A stretch of DNA of 64,000 nt from Laetmonice hystrix (taxonomy: Eukaryota): contig OZ249440.1 in assembly GCA_965235115.1 (NCBI GenBank), forward strand, positions 9,052,001 to 9,116,000, given 5' to 3'. Positions 50,189 through 61,204 of the stretch are shown piece by piece; position 1 is the stretch's first letter; each line of letters opens with the position of its first letter. The notes below the pieces were generated by a model. The model worked only from the letters and a program-made list of their open reading frames with translations. It made no database searches and was not told where the DNA came from. Position numbers and translations under genes: made by a program.

Positions 50189-51015
50189 CAGTAGGAAAGT
50201 ATTGTTGGTGCCTCGGGTACTCTTGGTGCCTCAGGTCAGTAGGAAAGTACAGTAACTCTTGGTGCCTCAAGTACTCTTGGTGCCTCAGGTCAGTAGGAAA
50301 GTACTCTTGGTGCCTCAGGTACTCTTGGTGTCTCAGGTCAGTAGGAATGTACTCTTGGTGCCTCAAGTACTCTTGGTGCCTCAGGTCAGTAGGAAAGTAC
50401 TCTTGGTGCCTCAGGTACTCTTGGTGCCTCAGGTCAGTAGGAAAGTACTCTTGGTGTCTCAGGTACTCTTGGTGCCTCAGGTCAGTAGGAAAGTACTCTT
50501 GGTGCCTCAGGTACTCTTGGTGCCCCAGGTCAGTAGGAAAGTACTCTTGGTGCCTCAGGTACTCTTGGTGCCTCAGGTCAGTAGGAAAGTACTCGTGGAG
50601 CCTCAGGTACTCTTGGTGCCTCAGGTCAGTAGGAAAGTACTCTTGGTGCCTCAAGTACTCTTGGTGCCCCAGGTCAGTAGAAAAGTACTCTTGGTGCCTC
50701 AGGTACTCTTGGTGCCCCAGGTCAGTAGGAAAGTACTCTTGGTGCCTCAGGTACTCTTGGTGCCTCAGGTCAGTAGGAAAGTACTCTTGGTGCCTCAGGT
50801 ACTCTTGGTGCCTCAGGTCAGTAGGAAAGTACTCTTGGTGCCTCAGGTACTCTTGGTGCCTCAGGTCAGTAGGAAAGTACTCTTGGTGCCTCAAGTACTC
50901 TTGGTGCCCCAGGTCAGTGGGAAAGTACTCCTGGTGCCTCATTTCAGGGGGAAAGTAGTCTTGGTGCCTCAGGTCAGTAGGAAAGTGCTCATGGGGCCTC
51001 AGGTCAGTAGGAAAG
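50189..51015. repeat. 48-bp minisatellite (30+18 bp sub-units), about 17 copies
   Basis: Unit GTCAGTAGGAAAGTACTCTTGGTGCCTCAGGTACTCTTGGTGCCTCAG contains GTACTCTTGGTGCCTCAG twice. Explains ORFs 50166, 50259 and 50347. Confidence 0.97.
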
Positions 51016-53043
51016 ACCTCGCAATCGGGTCCCTGTCGGACCGGGGCAGTGTATCGGTGGCCTTGAAATTTTCATAGTTAGTGAGCATTTGCTTGAAGGG
51101 TATGTCTCAGACCGCTGGCTGCCTTTAGTCTATCAATATACTCAATATTTTATCAATATAGTGGGTGTCGGCGGAGCGCTATTGTTAGCAGAGTGAGTGA
51201 TATATGGTGTATGACGTCTGTGACGGGACACTTTTAGCAGATTTCCCAAACCGTGACTCGGCGACAGGCCCTGCGGTGTCTCTGTGTTGTGGGGGCACGT
51301 TTCTTGTTATAGCCACATTAATAATCAATTCGAACCGAACACGTCAGTGGCACTGCTCACGAAAATGCATTAGTAAGACATGAAAAACCTTCACTTCATT
51401 TCTACCTCACACCCACAAAAAATCGCTGTCATTTATAGTAATACATTCTACCTACACTACTCTCTTCCATTAGAAGAAAGGGGGAAAAGTGAAAAAAGAG
51501 ATGGGATGGTGGGGGTGGGGGGTGGTAATGAACAAGGCAAGCACCAAGTTGCCTGTGGAAAATATTGGATTTCAAGAAGCCGTGGTGGAAGCGGTGAATG
51601 AGAGCTTAGGTGGGCAATAAATCGGCACTGAGCACGGGCCAGTGATTAAGTGGGTGCTGACGACGATCTGAGGTGTGCGGCGGGCCACCGCTGAGTGGGC
51701 CGGGTTGGTGCCCGATCACTTGGGGCACAGCATGGGTGCACAGACTCGGGCCCCTTGTCTGGTATCGTTGTCCGGTACCGGACCGCGACCACCTCGGCTC
51801 CACTCAATCGTCTCGCCCTGGGAGTTATTATCGAACAGCACGGCAGCAGTTGAATATTTGCGGGGGAGGCTGGAAGAAAGGGAGAGAGAAGCATGGCTGG
51901 TTCGGCAGCAAGAAGTGACAGCCTATTGGAGGTAGCAGCCTTGGCGAGTTTAGTTAGGTTCATCAGTCTTTTCTTTGTCGCCCGAGCACGGAGTCTCAAC
52001 CCGTCTATTGAGCTGGAACTCTGTGGCCGCCGCCAGATGGCACTGATGAAGGCCGATTTGCTGCCCAGAGCCGACACACACAGCCACCAATGAGAGGGTC
52101 ACCTCTGTTTATTGCTACACGACCTACTCTCGCTATAATGGAAAACTCCCGCCAGAGGGCAGCACCGCAAAGAAAATAATATTGCCAATAACAATCCAAT
52201 TTCCCTTGATTAATTCCGTAGGAGGCGTCGTGGTGGTTTTATTAGACGGAGAAATGGAGACGGGGAAACGCCCCTTCCAAAGATAAAAGTGTTGGCCGAA
52301 TGGAGGACCCGAGTGCGGCTGATGGTGGAGGTTTGCCGGGGCAGTGTTGTGAGCGAGCTGGATAAGTCCCAAGCTCTGCTGATGACTTGTGGCCGGTGAT
52401 ATGGCACCCTGGTCGGCCACCGAAAGGATCAGACCGACTTGAGCGGCCGTCGCCTCCCCTGAGCTCGCTACTCGCGGGTCAAGGTTACCCAGGGGTCATC
52501 AGTTGGTGGCAAGGGACGGGTCGCCTTCACATAACAACCTTCAGTTGGGGACTCGCTGGCCGGGGGAGGGGGGGCGGGTCACGGCCAAACAACTTTCGGG
52601 TCACAGCTCTACCTCGTAGCCTACTTCTCTCCAGTTTGAATGTGCCAGGGGCGGGTCGGTGACCTTGCAGCAAGTCAAAGGGTCCTGGAGGAGTCTCGGC
52701 ACCAGTGGTGACCGGAGTTTGTGGTGAAACATTGTATTTGGAAAGGAAAAATTAGCCTAGAATGGTTGCGAACACAGATTTACGTGCTGGGATAGGTATA
52801 GTCGCTTCAATGATAGTTGTGATTGCATTTCTGCATAAGCAGTGACCAGTACATCCATTAATTTATTGTTTCTGTAAGCTAGTTCTATACATCCTAACCC
52901 ACCATTACATAGTATTTAATCACGACCCTACTATCAGACGTGTCCATTGTCAGGTCCAACCCTATACCCTGTAATATACTTAGGTCTCCCCTACCTCAGT
53001 GTCCACCAACCGACGGAGCGATCTCCATTCCCGAGCGCCCACC

Positions 53044-53064
53044 ACACACACACACACACATACA
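53044..53064. repeat. (CA)n microsatellite
   Basis: Direct reading. Confidence 0.85.
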
Positions 53065-53455
53065 CAGCCGGCTGGCTGTATATACTGTCGGGATCCAAGC
53101 CGTCGTTCTGGTAAACCAGTGCCTTCTATCAAACGTTTACTGCATCCTAATGTAAGCGTGTGACCCCCGGGCCTACCGCTGAGACCTGACAGTGACCAAA
53201 CACATTGAGACCTTCCGGCTGTTTATGTAAGACCGTTAGTCAACAGACTCCCCGGCTCCCATTACACGCACAGCCCAATATCACCTGTTTTTGTACACAC
53301 CGAGTTTTTAATGCCTTTAGACGCAGAGGGCAGATTGGCCAAGAGTGTATGTTAAGTCGTTGATCTTGTCTTTCGGACAAACGTAGACTTTAATGGGTGT
53401 CTCTAGATTTTGACAAGTGATTGTCACAGTTCAGTCGGTTCTGATGGTAAATAAG

Positions 53456-54032
53456 CCACAGAACTTGGACTTTGAGACCTTGTAGATGTACAGGGCCCAC
53501 AGAACTTGGACTTTGAGACCTTGTAGATGTACAGGGCCCACAGAATTTGGACTTTGAGACCTTGTAGATGTACAGGGCCCACAGAACTTGGACTTTGAGA
53601 CCTTGTAGATGTACAGGGCCCACAGAACTTGGACTTTGAGACCTTGTAGATGTACAGGGCCCACAGAACTTGGACTTTGAGACCTCGTAGATGTACAGGG
53701 CCCACAGAACTTGGACTTTGAGACCTTGTAGATGTACAGGGCCCACAGAACTTGGACTTTGAGACCTTGTAGATGTACAGGGCCCACAGAACTTGGACTT
53801 TGAGACCTTGTAGATGTACAGGGCCCACAGAACTTGGACTTTGAGACCTTGTAGATGTACAGGGCCCACAGAACTTGGACTTTGAGACCTTGTAGATGTA
53901 CAGGGCCCACAGAACTTGGAATTTGGGACCTTGTAGATGTACAGGGCCCACAGAACTTGGACTTTGAGACCTTGTAGATGTACAGGGCCCACAGAACTTG
54001 GACTTTGAGACCTTGTAGATGTACAGGGCCAC
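53456..54032. repeat. 41-bp minisatellite, 14 copies
   Basis: Unit CCACAGAACTTGGACTTTGAGACCTTGTAGATGTACAGGGC. Explains ORFs 53390, 53424 and 53431. Confidence 0.98.
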
Positions 54033-54443
54033 GGTTTCTTATAGGATCTAATTGCGATTGAAGGCGAGTAGTTTATAAAAATGTACCTTTTATGCTTGCG
54101 TTCGGCGGGAATGAGATCTTTTTTTAAGTAAAAGACTTTTTATATTAAGCGAGACTACGTCATGGAAAGCAATCTTGACGTGTTGGCCTCTGGTAGGGAG
54201 CAGGTGACAGAAACGCCGGAGATGTCACGGGGTCGGGCGACGCTGCAGCGGAACCCGCCTGGCCTACAAAGGTCACCGGCAGAGGGCGCGGCACGGTGGG
54301 CTGACCTCGGAAAGATTCTGTCACAACAGGCCGATCTGGTCACATCTGTGGTCTGTTGTTTTGGTCACAGGCGACGTCTTGGCACAGACTGCATCACTCT
54401 GTGACGGGAGTAGTTTGTGTCACAGTGGGAGTTGCCCTATATG

Positions 54444-54527
54444 GGTGGTATATATGACTGTTACTCATTGACATGGGAAGGCTTGGTGGTATATATGACT
54501 GGTACTCATTGACAGGGCAAGGCTTGG
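54444..54527. repeat. 41-bp tandem duplication
   Basis: GGTGGTATATATGACTG(T/G)TACTCATTGACA(T/G)GG(G/C)AAGGCTT occurs twice in tandem. Confidence 0.9.
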
Positions 54528-55859
54528 ATGGTTATCTTGTACCAACCCACATAAGAAGTGATGATTACATTGAATGATGACGAGGATTTACTCCGGCAGT
54601 GGTAGGTGATATGTTGTCCGGGAAGTCGCTGAGTTAAGACCCCACCCTCTCCCACCGCCCCGCCCCAGCCCCGGACAACCCTTGACCACCACGGGTTCTA
54701 TGGTGCTGGTCTTTAGATGCATGGCAGCAACCCTTCTTGTACAGGACTGGGTCAGGTGACATTGCCACAGCATCAATGAGCGTGAACGCAGTGCAGAGGG
54801 TTATTTTTTCAGGGAAAACGGGGGAAAAGGGCGAAGTAAGGGAATGGCATGTTCTCCCACCCCATTCCTACCCCAGTGGTACTGGTCAGTCTATTGACCA
54901 GTGGCTATAAGCAATTTTCCCCACGTGTATTTCACACGATGAAAGCCTTGCCGGCAGAGCCAGTCATGTAGCCGTCCGCCCAGAGGGCCGGGGACGGAGA
55001 TATAACCAAATAGTAATGCCGTAAATATTTCCCAATTACTGGGGGGGGGGGGATTGTATGAGTCCAGAGTCGGGTTCGCAGACCGACTCGCCATGTTTAG
55101 GTTGACCGACTCGTGCCAATCATGTTGGACACCAGGCTGACCACAAGCCAGTCACCAGAACTGGACATGGCGGTCAAGGCGCCCTATACGCCAGGCCGGC
55201 GCGGATCCGTCGTGATTTGATGAAGTGAATTGTATGGAGGCTGTACATTGGATCTGAGGCAATCATTCAGTCAGTCGTAGAGTGTCTCCTCTGTAGATGC
55301 TAAATGTAGAGTGAGATTAGTAACAGATTAGATCCTCTATCTCGTATCTTTAAACAGTTCTTTAGATGAGTCAATAGGTAACACGTTAAATTTTTTTATA
55401 TCAGGTAAGGTACAATATAAGTTTATGTCAGTACTGAAGCAGAGACCCCCACAACCACCACCACCACCACCACACCACCACCTCCCACAGTTAGACTCTC
55501 GGACGAGATTGCAGGGCGGGGTCGGTGATTTCAACTAGCGACCATTTAAAAGGATTTATAGTCAACAGTCTGAGACTCAATGAGACGCGGCCTTATAAGA
55601 TCTAAAGTTTCAAGTTGTTTTGTGTTGTATATTGGCGGTTGAATCAGTTGCGGCCGCCCCAGCCAATCTTGATGTGACAGATATTGGAGTGGGAGCCGGC
55701 AGTGTAATGGTCACAGGCCGGCACTTGATGCGGCGATAGCTTTCTCCATTAACAGTAGATTGCTGATCCAGCCGAGCGGTCTGTAGCTCCGGGATAACAA
55801 AAGATGTCTTTATCAATCTCTCAAGGCCTACTCCCTCTCTCTCTCTGTCCAGTGTCGAG

Positions 55860-56348
55860 GTGGACTCGCCTGGATGGCTGTACTGTTATGCTGATGCCAA
55901 TATGGCATCGCTGGATCAAGTTGTCTCTTGGCAGATACTTTATAATGTACCAACGTGTCAGGAAAATGATGAAAACGTTATGTGTGATGAAAAATATATT
56001 TTACAGAGAAATGCAAAAGGTTTTGTACAACTCGGGAATCGACTTACCTGCCTGCCTGGGACCGGTTTGTTGATGGAGCTTGAGCCAAATTTTGCCATGA
56101 AGCTCAGTGAAGCTCACACAAGCTCACGAACTGTCAACTTGCTACGCTAATAGCTCGTGAACTTGTGCAGCACCAAGAAACAGATTGAGTGTTGGCAAGC
56201 CGGCGCCCGTTGGCTGGGACATGGGTGTCTTGATTGCAGACAGCATCTTTATTCAGGTGATATAATTATTGGAGTCATTCCCTGGTGGCAACCCGCAGAC
56301 TTCAAACACGTTCGCTCCCACAGTTATTTCTCCAGGTTAACTGGCTAG
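55860..56348 (+). pseudogene. Possible decayed coding sequence
   Basis: ORFs 55860-56150 and 56157-56348 are in the same frame, separated only by TAA TAG CTC; 163 codons in total. No family recognised. Confidence 0.27.
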
Positions 56349-58819
56349 GGCCTTGGTCCCACATGGTACCCTGGCGTGGCCATTCCCCATGGTCATTTGA
56401 CCTGAGCTATGAATAACATTTACATTTGACGTGAGCTACATTGTGTCCTTTTAATAATTCATGGAATCTACCACGAGTGAAACAGTCCAGTAAAGGACTT
56501 GAAGACAAAAAAAGGTTGTTGAGCTTGTGTCAATAGTGTCTGAATCTTACACGTTGAGAGGGTTGCTGGCGGCAGTAGACACGAGCGGGGAGAGACAGGT
56601 GGCCGTCTGCTGGGACTGGGATCAGGACTTGTGCTACCACTAGTTGTGGATGAAGGACACCTGCTGGACATGGTGTAATCCCCACCCACTCTGCCGTGTC
56701 AAGTATTTGGTGGTGTGATCAAGGCAGCAGCTGGAGATCTCGAGGTGCTGTTAACTGACAACAGTTGGCAATCTGGGTAAGATGTTGGTGATGACAGCTG
56801 ATTTGTTTTGACTCTCTGGACAAAAAAAGGAAGAAAAAGAAGACTCAAGCCAAGGGTTAGTGTGTTGTAGACATTGATGGTGTGAAAATTGTAATGTATT
56901 AGATCAGAGTGACTTATAAATGTTTTAAATGACCTTTGTGAAATTTCTGTGTCAAAAGGGTAACCATTTTGGCCTGAAAGGCTTTGAATATGTCGGCATC
57001 AAAAGCAGGCGGTCACACTTATAAAGCTTGCAGTGTCAAAAACTGATTTTTTTCGGGCTCTTTAAGTGGGTGTGAAAAGCCGACTGGGAGATTTCTATCG
57101 CGCTGTCAAGTGCTGCCACCTAGCATTGCCCGAGGAATCTGTGACATTCCATTACAAAGATGACAGTCGATTGTATCCTTCTGCCCGGGTTGTCTTTTAT
57201 CACGAGTGTAGGAAGGATGTCATTGATGTCGATGATCACTCCAATACATGCACACTACGACACGAGGTGCCATGACACGGCACGTCGAGTCGACAAAATT
57301 TCACGTCTCGCGTCATTATATTTCCTCTCATGTCGTTTCGCTCCAGGAGGCCCTGCGCGGAGGTATAAAAGCATCATTTTATCTAGAATTAAATGAAACC
57401 ACTTACGTCAGATCTAAAAGGTGGATGTATATATAGGACCACGGCGAACATAAGAGAACATAAATGCAAGGTAATCTTTTTAAGCGACATATGCCGCTCA
57501 CAAGGCCGCCTTTTTCAAATTGAGGGACAAAATAGGATTGTGGGGCAGGTGAGTGTGAATGGCCTACTTTTCAGGGATGCAGGTGTTTGCGTGGCGTTAT
57601 GTAAGGAAATCCCCTGCGGAAGAAATAAGCACGGGAAGCGATTTATTTCTGTTGGTGGAAGGTGCAACGCTGGAGCTTTTTAGTGGCGGGCGTAGTCGTG
57701 GGTGCTTGGACTGTGTGTAGAATCAGAAAATCTGGTTGTAATAGTCCTTGTTATGCGGGAAACTAGAGATCTCTATAGGAGTGCGAGAAGGTCTCCAGGC
57801 ATGTTTCATCAAAGGAGATGCCAACTCTTGGGTGATGTTGGTGTGATAGCGATGATTGTGCGGGGCCGGGCGTCGGGCATCAGCACCCCACAAATTAAAT
57901 CTCTCAATGGGCGGAAAAATAAGTATGTCGTACAGGCAATGGCCCTTCCCAAAATAGGAGGCGCTATCTTGAATGCGTCTTTTAGTATCGATCCTGGACG
58001 AGGGTTGGTTGGTGTAGCAGGCGGCCAGATTAGGGACAGGCCATCGTAGACGCCAAGTGACGAACAGCCAGACACGGGCGGGTGGAAGACGCAATGAAGC
58101 ATTCGTTCTGCGATCGGCCGGCCCAGATGTCGGTGGGGGTTGGGATGAACTGGGCCGGGCTGATGCCGATTTTAACACTGATATAGGAGATAATGAATGG
58201 TCCGGCTGAGGACAGAAGTAGATCCCAGGGAAGGGGCTTAGGGCTAACACCTATCTCTGCTTGGACCCGCCGTTAAGTCAGCTTTACCCCAGCCTGCTCC
58301 TCTTCCTCCTTGTCCTCCAAATCTTGTCCTCCCCACCAATTTTCCTCACAACTCCCCAGACCACTGGCTCCACCGACTGCCAGACTCGTACATTTCCTGG
58401 GCCAAGGATCGAGGACCTGCTCCGTGCAAAGTTGGCGCCCAAGGGAGTACTTCCCATTCATAGCGTCCTGGAGGTGTGCTGACAGACTTCTCATTAGTCA
58501 TACGGCACGGTGACCCGCCGGTGTTGGCCCACCGCTCGGCCCCTGGCATGGCGAGGTTTAGCTTAGAATGAGGGATCCCTGACCCGTCAGCGAGGGGGTT
58601 GGAGCTGCTGGCACCCTGACTGGACATGACCTATGCGGGCGTCCTTCACCCAGGGTCCTCCGAGGGGAGCGTGGCTTCAGTTTCCCACCGGTTCCTGGGA
58701 GCCATTAATTACAGAGCGAGTGATGGCTGCTGTCGCGGGCGGCCAACGTGCAGAGTTAGTTATTCAACACCAGACCCTCTGAATCCTTATAAGTCTGTCC
58801 AAGCCCTGCGACACGTTTT

Positions 58820-58922
58820 ACTGTAAGAAAATGAGTAGAAATTTACTCAAAAGGACGATTTTACTGAGCACGTTGGCTAACCGTGCACTCGGACGAGTTT
58901 AAGACTATTTGACTTTACAAGT
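58820..58922. mobile_element. Degenerate palindromic MITE-like remnant
   Basis: Ends ACTGTAA...TTACAAGT, internal GAGTAGAAATTTACTC, and central hairpin GCACGTTGGCTAACCGTGC. The arms are otherwise diverged. Confidence 0.35.
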
Positions 58923-59458
58923 CAGCGGGGTTTTTCACAAGTTTTTCTATATTTAGGCTTATCGTTATTTACAGGCTGACAGAGGTATGGTATGATCTCC
59001 TATCGCGACGTTGCATTGTAAATTGGTGAATTATATACTTCGTATCGTTTTAATTATCGAGCATACATATTCAGGACTCGCTCGTCACTAGAGGAACGTT
59101 TATGGTGTGAGAGGAGGATCAGCCAGTAGGAAGGAAAAAGAGAAAGGAGAAGCACGGAAAGGATCGTGTTGCTATGATGGAGTGTGCCGGCCATGGTAGG
59201 TTTTTACTATCCACCTCGGCCTCTGGCATTTCAAGAAAGGTCAAGCCTCGCCACCAAAACAACCTAGAGGACGTTGTCACTTGGGCCTGTCCTTGAAAAC
59301 AAAGTGAAGGATGTGAGCCGTCAGGGGTGCGGAGAGTGGCGCCATGGCGAACAGCAACGGTGGTTCATTGGGACTTGACACCGGCCGAGCTCTGTGGAAT
59401 ATCCTCGGATGGAATTAACCGTCCGTGTGAGCAGGCGGACAGGAAATCGGGCAGCGGC

Positions 59459-59525
59459 GTTATCGGCAAGGTCATTGTTATCGGCAAGGTCATTGTTATC
59501 GGCAAGGTCGTCGTTATCGGCAAGG
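59459..59525. repeat. 18-bp tandem repeat, about 3.7 copies
   Basis: Unit GTTATCGGCAAGGTCATT. Confidence 0.9.
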
Positions 59526-59742
59526 GCATCAGAGATGGCCTCGGCACGTAAGGCGGACAATGATTTCTGGGCGGAGACCGGGGCGGCCACTGGTTCCAAA
59601 AGATGATGAACATGGGGAGGCTGCTGCAGATGGTGAACACAAGGCGGGTGTTCCGCGGTGATTGCAGCAGATGGTGAACATAAGGCCGTTTGTTGGAGAT
59701 GTTCCTACTGGTTCCAACAGATGGTGTACACATAGGGTTTTC

Positions 59743-61204
59743 TGGTGAAGCCAGTGTACACAAAGTCCTAGCTGCCGCCAATCTGAACCAGGAGAACACT
59801 AAGCCCCATGGTGAAGCCAGTGTACACCAAGTCCTAGCTGCCTCCAATCTGAACCAGGAGAACACTAAGCCCCATGGTGAAGCCAGTGTACACCAAGTCC
59901 TAGCTGCCGCCAATCTGAACCAGGAGAACACTAAGCCCCATGGTGGAGCCAGTGTACACCAAGTCCTGGCTGCCTCCAATCTGAACCAGGAGAACACTAA
60001 GCCCCATGGTGAAGCCAGTGTACACCAAGTCCTGGCTGCATCCAATCTGAACCAGGTGACCACTAAGCCCCATGGTGAAGCCAGTGTACACCAAGTCCTA
60101 GCTGCCTCCAATCTGAACCAGTTGAACACTAAGCCCCATGGTGAAGCCAGTGTACACCAAGTCCTAGCTGCCTCCAATCTGAACCAGTTGAACACTAAGC
60201 CCCATGGTGAAGCCAGTGTACACCAAGTCCTAGCTGCCTCCAATCTGAACCAGGTGACCACTAAGCCCCATGGTGAAGCCAGTGTACATCAAGTCCTAGC
60301 TGCCTCCAATCTGAACCAGGAGAACACTAAGCTCCATGGTGAAGCCAGTGTACACCAAGTCCTAGCTGCCTCCAATCTGAACCAGTTGAACACTAAGCCC
60401 CATGGTGAAGCCAGTGTACACCAAGTCCTAGCTGCCTCCAATCTGAACCAGGTGACCACTAAGCTCCATGGTGAAGCCAGTGTACACCAAGTCCTAGCTG
60501 CCTCCAATCTGAACCAGGTGACCACTAAGCTCCATGGTGAAGCCAGTGTACACCAAGTCCTAGCTGCCTCCAATCTGAACCAGGAGAACACTAAGCCCCA
60601 TGGTGAAGCCAGTGTACACCAAGTCCTAGCTGCCTCCAATCTGAACCAGGTGACCACTAAGCCCCATGGTGGAGCCAGTGTACACCAAGTCCTGGCTGCC
60701 TCCAATCTGAACCAGGAGAACACTAAGCCCCATGGTGAAGCCAGTGTACACCAAGTCCTGGCTGCATCCAATCTGAACCAGGTGACCACTAAGCCCCATG
60801 GTGAAGCCAGTGTACACCAAGTCCTAGCTGCCTCCAATCTGAACCAGTTGAACACTAAGCCCCATGGTGAAGCCAGTGTACACCAAGTCCTAGCTGCCTC
60901 CAATCTGAACCAGTTGAACACTAAGCCCCATGGTGAAGCCAGTGTACACCAAGTCCTAGCTGCCTCCAATCTGAACCAGGTGACCACTAAGCTCCATGGT
61001 GAAGCCAGTGTACACCAAGTCCTAGCTGCCTCCAATCTGAACCAGGTGACCACTAAGCTCCATGGTGAAGCCAGTGTACACCAAGTCATGGCTGCCTCCA
61101 ATCTGAACCAGGTGACCACTAAGCCCCATGGTGAAGCCAGTGTACACCAAGTCCTAGCTGCCTCCAATCTGAACCAGTTGAACACTAAGCCCCATGGTGA
61201 AGCC
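59743..61204. repeat. 66-bp minisatellite, 22 copies, open as a 22-aa repeat (HGEASVHQVLAASNLNQ[EN/VT/LN]TKP)
   Basis: TGGTGAAGCC at 59743 and 61195 (difference 22x66); no indels; underlies ORF 59690-61216. Confidence 0.98.

Noticed and set aside
8113-61204. Regularly spaced repeats as CRISPR arrays
   Set aside because: All arrays are head-to-tail tandem units with no unique spacers; no cas-like ORFs; eukaryotic context.
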